A stretch of DNA of 64,000 nucleotides, taken from the NCBI GenBank assembly GCA_963674595.2, contig CAXXFV010000020.1, forward strand, positions 1-64,000, read 5' to 3'. Each line of letters begins with the position of its first letter. Position 1 is the stretch's first letter. Shown here piece by piece: positions 20,685 to 30,679 of this stretch. Below the pieces are notes generated by a model, which had not been told where the DNA came from, did no database searches, and saw only the letters and a program-made list of their open reading frames with translations. Position numbers and translations under genes: made by a program. The stretch comes from a bacterium. GTDB lineage: Bacteria > Zhuqueibacterota > Zhuqueibacteria > Residuimicrobiales > Krinioviventaceae.

Positions 20685-21905
20685 TTACTCATATCTCAGT
20701 GCATCTATCGGATTTAGATTGGACGCTTTCCGTGCCGGATAATATCCGAAGAATATACCGACAGCGCCGGAAAATGAAAATGACAATACTATGATACCCG
20801 GCTGGATGACTGTAAATATTTCTGTCCATCTGTTTAGTGAATAAGAGATAATAAACGCCAGTATAATACCAAGCAAACCTCCGCCCAAGCTGAGAATAAA
20901 AGATTCTGTTAAAAACTGGCTCAATATATCACGACTTCGGGCGCCGACTGATCTTCTTATGCCGATTTCTCTGGTACGTTCCGTAACGGATACCAGCATA
21001 ATATTCATGATACCAATTCCACCTACGAGCAATGATACGGCAGCTATAGAGCCCAGCAAAAGAGTCATTGTTTTGGATGTAGACGAAAATGTTTCTGTAA
21101 GTTCCGATTGATTACGGATTGTAAAATCATCATCTTCACCCTCTTGCAGCTTGTGCTTTTCCCGCAAAATAGAACGAATTTCTTCCTGTGCGGCCGGTAT
21201 ATTCTCCGGTGAAAAAGTGCTTACTTGAATCATATCGATGAATTGCCCGCCTTTTAATCTGTATAAAACTGTTGTAGATGGCGCAAATATTATATCGTCC
21301 TGGTCTGATCCGCGAGTGTCTTGCCCTTTTTCTGATAATACACCGATAATTGTAAAAGGTGTGTTTCTTATCCGAATTTTTTGACCAATTGGGTCTTCAT
21401 CCGGGTAAAGTTCTGTTGCTATGGTTTTACCTATTACAGCTACTTTTTTCCGTGATATAATATCTCTGTTGGTAAAAAATTCTCCTGATTCTAACGGCCA
21501 GTTTCTGATTTGTAAATAATTTTCGGAAACACCTTGAATTGTTGTGTTCCAGTTTGATCCGTTGCCGATTACCTGGGCCCCGGCATGAATAATAGGGGAG
21601 ACCAGATTGAATAAAGTGCCTTTTTCTGTCAAAACATCAGAATCATCCATCCGTAGTCTGTTAAAACTGCCTGCTCCTTTACTAACACCTCCGGATCTGC
21701 TGACACTTGGAAATATAATGATTACGTTTGTTCCCAAAGACTGAATTTGATTTTCGATTTGTTTTTGAGAGCCTGAACCAACAGCAACCATTACAATAAC
21801 TGCACAAACACCAATGATGATTCCCAAGGATGTTAACATGGATCTCATTTGGTTTTTAAATATGCTGGTGACGGCTATCACTAATAAATTATGAATACGT
21901 GTCAT
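20685..21905 (-). CDS. MacB-like ABC transporter permease (no fused ATPase)
   Basis: RSMLTSLGIIIGV; VGGIGIMNIMLVSVTERTREIGIR; GYYPARKASNLNPIDALRYE; start at ATG 21905. Confidence 0.93.
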   Translation of the reverse strand: MTRIHNLLVIAVTSIFKNQMRSMLTSLGIIIGVCAVIVMVAVGSGSQKQIENQIQSLGTNVIIIFPSVSRSGGVSKGAGSFNRLRMDDSDVLTEKGTLFNLVSPIIHAGAQVIGNGSNWNTTIQGVSENYLQIRNWPLESGEFFTNRDIISRKKVAVIGKTIATELYPDEDPIGQKIRIRNTPFTIIGVLSEKGQDTRGSDQDDIIFAPSTTVLYRLKGGQFIDMIQVSTFSPENIPAAQEEIRSILREKHKLQEGEDDDFTIRNQSELTETFSSTSKTMTLLLGSIAAVSLLVGGIGIMNIMLVSVTERTREIGIRRSVGARSRDILSQFLTESFILSLGGGLLGIILAFIISYSLNRWTEIFTVIQPGIIVLSFSFSGAVGIFFGYYPARKASNLNPIDALRYE

Positions 21906-21924
21906 TTTGTATCTCAGACTTTTT

Positions 21925-23193
21925 TTACATTCTTCCCGGAGGCGGCATAAAACCGGGACCGTGGAATTTATCATTGTTCGAGCTTGTAGAAGTTGATGTG
22001 TGTGAAATTAAAATTTCTGAACCGTCTGCTAACCTCGGATTATTTTCAATTTCCGTATATTTACCATCCGTAATACCGGTTTTAACGGGGACCGGTTCCA
22101 GACTGTCATCTGTTTTAATCCATATCATTGTGGGTGCTTTTCTGTTTTTTTGAAAATCCGGTTGACCGTCCGGTTTTTGACCCGCCTCCATTGGTGCTCC
22201 CTGAAAAGTTGTTCCCATTTTTGGCAAATTTGGTCTTTCACCCTGATGTGATTTGCGTTTGTTAAATAGTGTTTGCATCATTTCTTCTGTAGGTTTGATT
22301 TTTAGCGCATTGTTTGGTACCCGTAAAACATTTGTTCTTTGTTCAATGATAAAGTCAATTGAAGCGGTCATTCCGGGTAACAGAAAACCATCTTTGTTTT
22401 CAGCATCTATCACAACAGTATAGTTGACAACGTTTTGCACTGTTTCCGGTTGCAGCCATAGTTGTTTGACTTTGCCTGAAAATGTTTTATCCGAATATGT
22501 TTGAACGGTAAATGTTACCGGCATTCCTTCTTTAATTAATCCAATATCACTTTCGTCAACTTGAGCATGTATCGTCATCTTGGACAAATCTTCAGCTATT
22601 AAAAAAAGCGTAGGGGTTTGTAAACTTGAAGCTACAGTTTGTCCTTCTTCAACATTTCTCTCCAGTATTTTACCTTTTATAGGAGAGCGAATAAAGGCAT
22701 AATCCAAATTTTGCTGCGCTCGTTTTAAAGAAACGAGCGCAGATTCATAGGATGCGTAAGTAGTTGCTTTATTCGTTTTAGAGGTAATATAGTTGTATTC
22801 TGATAATAAATTTTGTTTATATAATCGTTCTTGCTGCTCAAATTGATAGACAGCCTGATCGTAAAGGGCTTTTGTTTTGGAAACATTGATTTTAGCCTCG
22901 AATACACTGTTGGACAAAATGGTAGTGTCCAACCTGGCCAGTAACTGGTTTTTGTGGACCAAATCGTTATAATCGACAAATACCTGATCAATTATTCCGG
23001 ATACTTGTGTGCCGACATCAACCGTGGAAATCGCACTCAATGTTCCTGTACACGTTACACTGTTTTGAATGTCACCTCGGTCGATTTTTCCAAAGATGAA
23101 TGTCGTTTCAGCGTCTTTGTTCTTCTGAAGAACAATTTTTGCGCCGGTAAAAACAAATATTGCTACTAAAGCCCAAATGATAAATTTTTTCAT
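21925..23193 (-). CDS. MacA-like periplasmic adaptor (membrane fusion protein)
   Basis: VDVGTQVSG, IRSPIKG, GQTVASSLQTPTLF, VDESDIG, LLPGMTA. Confidence 0.92.
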   Translation of the reverse strand: MKKFIIWALVAIFVFTGAKIVLQKNKDAETTFIFGKIDRGDIQNSVTCTGTLSAISTVDVGTQVSGIIDQVFVDYNDLVHKNQLLARLDTTILSNSVFEAKINVSKTKALYDQAVYQFEQQERLYKQNLLSEYNYITSKTNKATTYASYESALVSLKRAQQNLDYAFIRSPIKGKILERNVEEGQTVASSLQTPTLFLIAEDLSKMTIHAQVDESDIGLIKEGMPVTFTVQTYSDKTFSGKVKQLWLQPETVQNVVNYTVVIDAENKDGFLLPGMTASIDFIIEQRTNVLRVPNNALKIKPTEEMMQTLFNKRKSHQGERPNLPKMGTTFQGAPMEAGQKPDGQPDFQKNRKAPTMIWIKTDDSLEPVPVKTGITDGKYTEIENNPRLADGSEILISHTSTSTSSNNDKFHGPGFMPPPGRM

Positions 23194-23209
23194 TTTAATA
23201 TACCTGGGT

Positions 23210-24112
23210 TTAATTTTCTTTATCAAAAGCTGGTTTAACTTTTATCCAAAATTTTAATTGGTCCAACATTTCAGGGGGCTGCATTCCCTGCTGACCGCCC
23301 ATTCGGCCGCCGCCGCCACCCATACCACCTCTACCCATGCCGCCGTCCGGAGGCATACCACCACCCGGGGGCATACCACCGCCGCCACCTGGGGGCATCC
23401 CGCCATTCCTTCCTCCTCTTTGGCCTCCCATTTGTTCCCGAAAAGATTCGCGGTCTATTTTTGTTGTTTCAAATCCTATACTTATTTTCTTTGTATCCCA
23501 TAAATCTTTTACATCATCATCATATTTGCTGCTGTCTGTCGGGATTGCAAGTTCATAGATCATCAGATCTTTTTTCATGCTTATTTTTGCCTCAATTCCC
23601 ATTTCCAGGCATTCTTCCGGAGTATATTCTTGAGTATCTGTGTCTTCTTTTCCTAAAATTTCGATTTTATTCAGCGAACTTTTAGCCATTGTATCAAACA
23701 TTTCACTTGGGTCTTTATCTTTATTCGATTTCATAATAGCTCTGTTCTGTCGCATTTTTTCAGGATCTGAATGTAAACCAACCGGATATTTAATGCCGAA
23801 CTCTTTTTTCTTTTTACCCTTTAAATCAATCCATATTGACATTCCGTCGTTAATGATTTGTCGTTGTCTTTCATTGTTCATCGTAACAAAACAAATATAT
23901 ACATGATTGCTGTCATTCAGAACACCAATGGAAATATCTTCGTCTTCGAGATAGTTAAGATATGGGTCCCATTCTAAATGATTGCCATCTATGGTTAGGT
24001 TAATTGAATCAGAACACCAAAAGCTGTTTATTTTGGGTTCAGCAAATGTATTGTTAAAAGTAAAAAAAGGAATGAGTGCAAAGAGTGTGAGAATTATTTT
24101 TTTTAAAAGCAT
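23210..24112 (-). CDS. Secreted hypothetical protein with Gly/Met/Pro-rich C-terminal region
   Basis: Signal peptide; IDGNHLEW; YELAIP; GGMPPGGGGGMPPGGGMPPDGGMGRGGMGGGGG. Confidence 0.7.
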   Translation of the reverse strand: MLLKKIILTLFALIPFFTFNNTFAEPKINSFWCSDSINLTIDGNHLEWDPYLNYLEDEDISIGVLNDSNHVYICFVTMNNERQRQIINDGMSIWIDLKGKKKKEFGIKYPVGLHSDPEKMRQNRAIMKSNKDKDPSEMFDTMAKSSLNKIEILGKEDTDTQEYTPEECLEMGIEAKISMKKDLMIYELAIPTDSSKYDDDVKDLWDTKKISIGFETTKIDRESFREQMGGQRGGRNGGMPPGGGGGMPPGGGMPPDGGMGRGGMGGGGGRMGGQQGMQPPEMLDQLKFWIKVKPAFDKEN

Positions 24113-24255
24113 TTTATTCTCCTGATGTTTGACAAATTAATAAGTATTTTTATCTACCTGAAAGTATGAAAATCATGTCATCTAAATGTTTAACAATTGA
24201 ATAAAAAAAATCTTGTGAAAAAATAAAAAATAATTAAAATATGTTGGAACTTTTA

Positions 24256-24281
24256 TTACATACATACGTTTATGTATGTAA
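24256..24281. promoter_or_regulatory. AcrR-type TetR operator 1
   Basis: Perfect 11-bp inverted repeat TTACATACATA-cgtt-TATGTATGTAA. Confidence 0.8.
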
Positions 24282-24297
24282 ACTTTAAGGAAAACAA

Positions 24298-24384
24298 ATG
24301 AAAATTATTTTATGTACAGATGGTTATTTACTGCATTTTAAGCTGGAAGAAAATTTTTTATTTGTAATTAAAATAAAAATTTAG
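24298..24384 (+). CDS. Possible 28-aa small ORF between operators 1 and 2
   Basis: AAGGA 24287-24291, then ATG; MKIILCTDGYLLHFKLEENFLFVIKIKI*. Confidence 0.25.
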   Translation: MKIILCTDGYLLHFKLEENFLFVIKIKI

Positions 24385-24385
24385 T

Positions 24386-24409
24386 AACATACATGCTTTA
24401 ATGTATGTA
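24386..24409. promoter_or_regulatory. AcrR-type TetR operator 2
   Basis: aACATACAT-gcttta-ATGTATGTa just upstream of the TetR RBS. Confidence 0.8.
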
Positions 24410-24428
24410 AAATTCATAAGGAAGTGAA

Positions 24429-25061
24429 ATGAGAAGAACAAAAGAAGAAGCTCAGGTCACCCGACAACATTTATTGGAAGCTACTATAAAAATTATGAGT
24501 TTGAAAGGTTACGCCGGAACAAGGCTGGAAGATGTAGCTGAAGAAGCAGGTGTGACACGAGGAGCCATTTATTGGCATTTTGGCAACAAAAAAGAGCTGA
24601 TGATTGCATTGTTGAAGGAAAGAATTGATCCTTATTTCAAAATTATTGAAGATATGACTAAAAAAGACATGCCTGCTGTTAAAAAGTTGTATAGTATGAT
24701 GGTCCAATTGTTCAAAAAAATGGAATCAGATCAGTTTTTTACAGCCCACCAACGGTTTGGTCTTATTGAGTACGCATCTCGTGATGATTTTTGTGAGGCT
24801 AAAAAATGTATTAATGAGAGAGGAGAAAAAGTTTTCTATGCTTTATCTGGTATGATCAAAGATGGCCAAGAAGAGGGTAATATTCGCAAAGATGTGGACC
24901 CTGAGGCTGTTGCATTGAATATTTTAATATTTTTTAAAGGATATGGTTTTTTTCTTCAACATGAAGAAGATAGGGAGATGTTTTCTTCAAAACGTAAAGC
25001 CATGATAAAAAATATGTTGTATGGAGTTTTAGAAAGTGATGTGAATTTTTTACATGATTAA
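24429..25061 (+). CDS. TetR/AcrR-family transcriptional regulator
   Basis: MRRTKEEAQVTRQHLL...TRLEDVAEEAGVTRGAIYWHF, very close to the AcrR N-terminus. Confidence 0.95.
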   Translation: MRRTKEEAQVTRQHLLEATIKIMSLKGYAGTRLEDVAEEAGVTRGAIYWHFGNKKELMIALLKERIDPYFKIIEDMTKKDMPAVKKLYSMMVQLFKKMESDQFFTAHQRFGLIEYASRDDFCEAKKCINERGEKVFYALSGMIKDGQEEGNIRKDVDPEAVALNILIFFKGYGFFLQHEEDREMFSSKRKAMIKNMLYGVLESDVNFLHD

Positions 25062-25084
25062 ACATACATTTTTTCTTGTATGTG
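25061..25084. promoter_or_regulatory. AcrR-type TetR operator 3 (degenerate)
   Basis: aACATACAtttttt-ctTGTATGTg between the TetR stop and the adaptor gene. Confidence 0.65.
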
Positions 25085-25112
25085 ATTAACAATAGTTTTA
25101 ACGGAGGAATCA

Positions 25113-26144
25113 ATGAAAAAAGCAATAATTGGTTTATTAGTGCTTGGCGCTTCAAGTATATTAATATTTGCAGGTTGTACAAAAAACGAAATAGAAGCAA
25201 AAAGTATGGAACAGTTACACCGCGAAAATGGAGTGCCGGTAAAAATCACCACTGTAGAATTAAGGCCTTTTTACCTTGAAAAAAGTTACAATGCTGTTTT
25301 GACGGGTATTAAAGAATCTGTTGCCAGTTCAATGGTTGCCGATCAGGTCGAAAAAATTCATGTTAAAGTTGGCGATGTTGTTCAAAAAGATGATATTGTA
25401 GTTTCCTTTCCGAATGATAATCCGGGTGCCCAATATTTTCAATCTAAAGTATCGTTCGAAAATGCGCAAACGACCTTGGAAAGAATGAAAAATTTATATG
25501 AAAACGGCGGAATATCGAGACAGGAATATGATAATGTTGAAACACAATTTAATGTTATGAAAGCAAATTGGGATGCTGTTCGACAAACTGTTAAAGTTAA
25601 AGCCCCGATCAGTGGTGTTGTTTCCGGAATTTACGTACAGGAAACAGACAATGTTGAACGGGGTGATGTCCTTTTAAAAATTTCACAAACACAAAAGTTG
25701 AAAACACAACTTTGGGTTTCAGAATCTGATGTTGCCGATATTCTAAAAGGTGCTCCTGCACTGGCCACCTGGAACAGCAAGACAATTACAGGTAAAGTCA
25801 CCCAGGTTGATCTGGCCCTTAATGCCGACCGTCAGGCTTTTGGTGTTGTTGTAGAGTTTGATAATAAAGAGTCTGCTTTTTTCAGTGGCGTAAATGCCGA
25901 AATTGTTATAAAAAGTTCTATCAGTGATGATACGGTTATTATCGACCGTAAAGATATTATTGTAGAAGGTGAAGATTCTTTTGTGTTCGTCGCTCAAGAC
26001 GGCAAGGCTGTAAAGAGAGATGTGGTTTTAGGTAAAGAAAACGGTATAGATGTTCAGATCATCAAAGGGCTCAATCCGGGTGACAGCCTGATAACAGAAG
26101 GCCAACTATTATTAAGTGATGGTGTCAAGATCAATATTATATAA
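25113..26144 (+). CDS. RND efflux periplasmic adaptor lipoprotein
   Basis: Lipobox FAGC; VKVGDVVQK; KAPISGVV; GLNPGD. Confidence 0.92.
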   Translation: MKKAIIGLLVLGASSILIFAGCTKNEIEAKSMEQLHRENGVPVKITTVELRPFYLEKSYNAVLTGIKESVASSMVADQVEKIHVKVGDVVQKDDIVVSFPNDNPGAQYFQSKVSFENAQTTLERMKNLYENGGISRQEYDNVETQFNVMKANWDAVRQTVKVKAPISGVVSGIYVQETDNVERGDVLLKISQTQKLKTQLWVSESDVADILKGAPALATWNSKTITGKVTQVDLALNADRQAFGVVVEFDNKESAFFSGVNAEIVIKSSISDDTVIIDRKDIIVEGEDSFVFVAQDGKAVKRDVVLGKENGIDVQIIKGLNPGDSLITEGQLLLSDGVKINII

Positions 26145-26184
26145 TTACAGAATTGGTAAAAGTTTATAGAACAGGATATTAAAT

Positions 26185-29100
26185 ATGTTTCTTTCAGATT
26201 TATCAATACGCCGGCCGATATTGGTGACTATGGGGCTCGTAGTATTTTTACTTTTTGGTACGCTGGCATATTTTGGTATGAATTTACAATTAACACCGGA
26301 TATCAAGTTTCCGATTATCACCGTACAAACAATATATCCGGGTGCAGGCCCTAAAGAAATTGAAGCACAAATTACAAAAAAAATTGAAGACCAGGTTTCA
26401 CCTATTAATAAAATTGACAATATTACTTCCTATTCAATGGAAAATATTTCCTATGTTCTTATTCAGTTTGAATTGGATAAAGATGTGTATTTGGCCCTTC
26501 AGGAAGTTAAAGATAAAGTCGACGGAATTCTTAATGAATTACCAGATGACGCTGAACGGCCCATTGTTAAACGATTTGACCCCATGGAAGCGCCTGTTGT
26601 GGATATTGTTTTGTCCGGAAATCTCAAAAAGACAGAGCTTTATGATCTTGCGGATAAAACATTGGCCGACAGATTTTCACAAATTGAAGGTGTTGCCAAT
26701 GTAGATATCACCGGTGGGCAGGAACGGGAAATTAAAGTTGAATTGGACAATAAAACCGTTTTTCAAAATTCAGTATCACTCGTTCAGCTTGCTGCCATAT
26801 TAAAAGCCCAAAACATGGATATGCCGGGTGGCCATTTTCAAAAAAGGTCCCAGGAATATTCCGTGAAATTAAAGGGTGAGTTTGATGATGTAGAGACTAT
26901 TCGGGATATTGAAATTCCCACAACATTTGGCTATAAAAAATTAGGTGATATTGCCAAAATTACGGATTCTTCTGAAGAGGTACGGGAGAGGACGACTTTT
27001 TTTAATAATGTATTAAAAAAGGGTGATAATAATGTTATTCTGCTGAGTTTGAAAAAGGCTTCAGATGGTAATGCCGTGCGTATTGCAGCAGCTTTGGAAA
27101 AAGTTTTACCTCAAATTCAAAGTGAATTGCCGACTGGCTGCAACCTTGAAATAGTATCAAATAATTCTATATTTATAAAGTCAACTGTTAATGATACCTT
27201 GTCAAACATCATTCTGGGCGTCATTTTAACGGCACTTGTTTTACTCTTGTTTTTGCATGATTATAAATCAACAATTATCGTCGCATTGTCAATGCCCATG
27301 TCTATTTTGTCTACGTTTATGTTTATGAAAATGTCCGGTTATTCTTTAAATATCATGACTTTAATGGGGTTGTCGACAGCCGTCGGTGTGCTGGTAACAA
27401 ACTCTGTTGTTGTGCTGGAAAATATTTTTCGACACAAAGGTATGGGACATAATAGAAAGGAAGCTGCCTCCAAAGGAACATCTGAAATTGTAGTAGCTGT
27501 TATTGCTTCTGCCATGACCAATATTGCAGTATTTTTGCCCATTGCAAATATGTCAAGTATTGTTGGAAGTTTTTTCAAACCTTTTGCCATGACGGTTGTT
27601 TATGCGACTATTTTTTCGTTGGTTATGTCCTTTACGTTGACGCCCATGCTTGCTTCGTTGATTCTTCCTGATAAGGATACGAAAAAGCATCCTATTGGTC
27701 AGCGGCTTGAAGGTATGTTTAAACGATGGGAAGATTTATATCGCTGTATTTTGCAGTTTATTCTTAAAAGGAGATTAACCAGTGCCGCTGTTATTCTTTT
27801 AGGAATTATTATGTTTGCCGCTAGTTTTATTATGGCTTCACGAATCGGTTTTGATTTTATACCTGTGACGGATGAAGGTGATATCCAAATGGAAGTTGAA
27901 CTGCCTGTAGGATATTCACTGGAAGAAACAGCCGAACTTGTTACCGGCATTGAATCTGTGGTAAAATCTCATGATGAAGTAAAGCATATTTTAACCACTC
28001 TGGGTAAAAATAGCGACACCGATCAGGGAACAAATTTATCATTAGTTAGAATAAAACTGGTTGATAAAGCTGAACGTAAAATAAGTACGCAACATATGGC
28101 AAGCCAACTGATCAGAGAATTATCTGAAATTCCTAATGCTAAAATTAGAATAGCTGCCGTATCTTCAATGGGCGGCGGCGGCGAAGAAGCACCGCTTATT
28201 TTTGATCTTATGGGACAAAATGTGGATACATTAGAAGTATATAAGAATAAATTTCTAGAAGATATCCAAGATGTTCCCGGATTGGTGAACTTGAATACCA
28301 GTTCAAGGGCTGGAAAGCCGGAAATTTCTATAAAACCGGACCGAGCAAAATTAGCAGACGCCGGTTTGATGATTGCGGATGTGGCTTTGGCTTTACGAAG
28401 CGCTCTGTCCGGTGATGTTCAAACAAGCTTTAAAAACCAGGGTGAAGAATACGATATCCGGGTTATGATGAATGACGTAACTGTGGATAATCCGGAAGAA
28501 ATCAAAAATATTCCAATTGTCAGCCAATCGGGTGTTTATCTGCTTTCTCAGCTTTGCGATATTGAATTTACAAGAGGCGTCAGTCGTATTTTACACCTGG
28601 ATAAGTATAAACAAATTCGTTTTTCTGCGTCTGTTGCTCCTGGTTATGTATTAGGTAATATCCAAAAGGAAATTGACAGTAGACTAGCGAATTTTGAATT
28701 ACCGTCCGGTACCAAAATTAAATGGAGTGGTGAAGTTGAAAGAATGCAGGAAGCAGTTGCGGATATGTCTGTTACATTTCTTATTGCTCTTTTGTTAACA
28801 TATATGCTTCTGGCCGCTATTTTGGAAAGTTTAACGCAGCCATTAATGATTTTAGGAACGGTGCCGTTAGCTTTGATTGGTGTTTTTGGCGGTTTATATA
28901 TTACCGGTTTATCAATGAATATTATCTCTATGATGGCCATTATTATGTTATTAGGAATTGTAGTAAACAATGCTATCTTGCAGCTTGATTATACAAATTC
29001 TTTAATTCGTGAAAAGAAATTTTTAATACGTGATGCACTACTTGAAGCGTGTCCTACAAAACTAAAGCCCATTTTAATGTCTTCCATTGCCATTATTTTG

Positions 29101-29268
29101 GGTATGTTGCCAATGGCTCTCGGTATGGGAGATGCCGGTCGTGAAATCAGACAACCGATGGGCGTTGTAAGTATTGGAGGTTTGATTGTATCAACAGCTT
29201 TATCGTTGTTTATCATCCCTGCAATTTTTAACCTGACTTCAAAAGAAAAAAATGTGAAAAAAAGTTGA
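26185..29268 (+). CDS. RND efflux permease (AcrB/HAE1 family)
   Basis: SIRRP, YPGAGPKEIE, VVVLENI, GIVVNNAIL, KPILMSS..LGMLPMAL; 1027 aa. Confidence 0.95.
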   Translation: MFLSDLSIRRPILVTMGLVVFLLFGTLAYFGMNLQLTPDIKFPIITVQTIYPGAGPKEIEAQITKKIEDQVSPINKIDNITSYSMENISYVLIQFELDKDVYLALQEVKDKVDGILNELPDDAERPIVKRFDPMEAPVVDIVLSGNLKKTELYDLADKTLADRFSQIEGVANVDITGGQEREIKVELDNKTVFQNSVSLVQLAAILKAQNMDMPGGHFQKRSQEYSVKLKGEFDDVETIRDIEIPTTFGYKKLGDIAKITDSSEEVRERTTFFNNVLKKGDNNVILLSLKKASDGNAVRIAAALEKVLPQIQSELPTGCNLEIVSNNSIFIKSTVNDTLSNIILGVILTALVLLLFLHDYKSTIIVALSMPMSILSTFMFMKMSGYSLNIMTLMGLSTAVGVLVTNSVVVLENIFRHKGMGHNRKEAASKGTSEIVVAVIASAMTNIAVFLPIANMSSIVGSFFKPFAMTVVYATIFSLVMSFTLTPMLASLILPDKDTKKHPIGQRLEGMFKRWEDLYRCILQFILKRRLTSAAVILLGIIMFAASFIMASRIGFDFIPVTDEGDIQMEVELPVGYSLEETAELVTGIESVVKSHDEVKHILTTLGKNSDTDQGTNLSLVRIKLVDKAERKISTQHMASQLIRELSEIPNAKIRIAAVSSMGGGGEEAPLIFDLMGQNVDTLEVYKNKFLEDIQDVPGLVNLNTSSRAGKPEISIKPDRAKLADAGLMIADVALALRSALSGDVQTSFKNQGEEYDIRVMMNDVTVDNPEEIKNIPIVSQSGVYLLSQLCDIEFTRGVSRILHLDKYKQIRFSASVAPGYVLGNIQKEIDSRLANFELPSGTKIKWSGEVERMQEAVADMSVTFLIALLLTYMLLAAILESLTQPLMILGTVPLALIGVFGGLYITGLSMNIISMMAIIMLLGIVVNNAILQLDYTNSLIREKKFLIRDALLEACPTKLKPILMSSIAIILGMLPMALGMGDAGREIRQPMGVVSIGGLIVSTALSLFIIPAIFNLTSKEKNVKKS

Positions 29269-29323
29269 TCGTCAGATATTCTTTCGAGTATATGATAGTA
29301 ATGAGTTAGGAGAAGTAACTGAT

Positions 29324-30643
29324 ATGAAAAAATTTATAATTGTTTTATATATATTCTTAATCGCTGTTCCGTTATTAAAAGCTGAGACCTATAATCTGGA
29401 TCAGTTTTTAAAGCTGGTGGAACAGCATAGTAAGGATTTAAAGTTGGCTTCTGAAGATAAAGCCATGGCAAAAGCCCAGAAAAAGGAAGCGGTATCTACA
29501 GCATTGCCAAAAATAGCTTTCGAAGCGGGTTATACCCGTAATTTGTCAGATTATTTTATGTATATTGACATGGCCGCGTTAACAGGTGGCGGTGGTGCTC
29601 AAAAATTTAAAGTTAATAGAAGTAATGAATATACCGCCAGCGTTGCCCTGCAACAGACGTTGTTTAGTCCGTCTGTGGGTAGCGCCATTAAAGCTGCCAA
29701 ACAATATGAAAAATTGACCAATTTTGTTTATAAAGCAAGTTGGCAAAATATTAACACAGCAGCAAAAAAGTTATTCTATCAGGCGTTGTTATTGGAAAAA
29801 GTATGGCGTGTCAATCAGGAAGCTGAAGGGAATGCTCTTGATAATTATAAGAACATGCAATTAAAATTTGATAATGGCGTGGTTTCAGAATTTGAGTTAT
29901 TACAATCCAAGGTAAGGTGGAAAAATGCTATTCCGGCTACAGCAGAAGCAAAGCGCAATTATGAACTGGTTTTAAATAATTTAAAAAATTGGGCCGGAAT
30001 TCCTGTCCAGGAAACCCTGGAGCTTGATGGTGGTTTTGACGATATTCCGCAAATTCCTGAAATGGTGGATATTCCATCTGTCCTGAGTTTGCGTCCCGAT
30101 TTTAACGCCTTGAAATGGGAAGAAAAACTGCGGGAAACAAATGTTCAGGCAAATAAAGCCAGTTTTTATCCTTCACTTACAGGCCAGTTTGTATATAATT
30201 ATTCGGCCCAGTCAAACGAATTTAAGCTTGATGAACAAAATGAATTATATATGGCGGGTGTGAATCTGTCGCTGCCTATATTTACAGGCGGATATAGAAG
30301 GGCCCAGGTCCAAAAAGCTAAAATAGACCTCAATAAAACACGAATCAGAATAAATCAAACCAAAGAAGATATTTATAATGAAACTACTAATATTTATTTA
30401 CGTTTAAAAGAGGCTCATGAACGTATCTATTCTGCTGAAGCAACACTAGAGGCTGCCCAAAAAGCCTTTCACATCGCTGAAAATACAGCACAGAGTGGTT
30501 TGGCTACTCAATTACAATTAAAAGATGCTCGTGTGGGATATGATCAGGCTAAATTGAATTATTACGCCGGTATATTTGATTATTTGAACGCCTATTTCGA
30601 TTGGCAACTGGCCACGGGTCAGGTAAATTCAATTGAAAATTAA
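29324..30643 (+). CDS. TolC-family outer-membrane efflux protein
   Basis: Signal peptide; ALPKI, YPSL, GVNLSLPIFTGG; two OEP repeats. Confidence 0.93.
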   Translation: MKKFIIVLYIFLIAVPLLKAETYNLDQFLKLVEQHSKDLKLASEDKAMAKAQKKEAVSTALPKIAFEAGYTRNLSDYFMYIDMAALTGGGGAQKFKVNRSNEYTASVALQQTLFSPSVGSAIKAAKQYEKLTNFVYKASWQNINTAAKKLFYQALLLEKVWRVNQEAEGNALDNYKNMQLKFDNGVVSEFELLQSKVRWKNAIPATAEAKRNYELVLNNLKNWAGIPVQETLELDGGFDDIPQIPEMVDIPSVLSLRPDFNALKWEEKLRETNVQANKASFYPSLTGQFVYNYSAQSNEFKLDEQNELYMAGVNLSLPIFTGGYRRAQVQKAKIDLNKTRIRINQTKEDIYNETTNIYLRLKEAHERIYSAEATLEAAQKAFHIAENTAQSGLATQLQLKDARVGYDQAKLNYYAGIFDYLNAYFDWQLATGQVNSIEN

Positions 30644-30679
30644 TCAAAAAAATGATTATATTCTAGTCTCTTATATATT

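Noticed and set aside
23280-23430. GC-rich tandem DNA repeat and plus-strand Pro-rich ORFs
   Set aside because: Explained by the Gly/Met/Pro codons of the minus-strand gene; the plus-strand ORFs are shadows.
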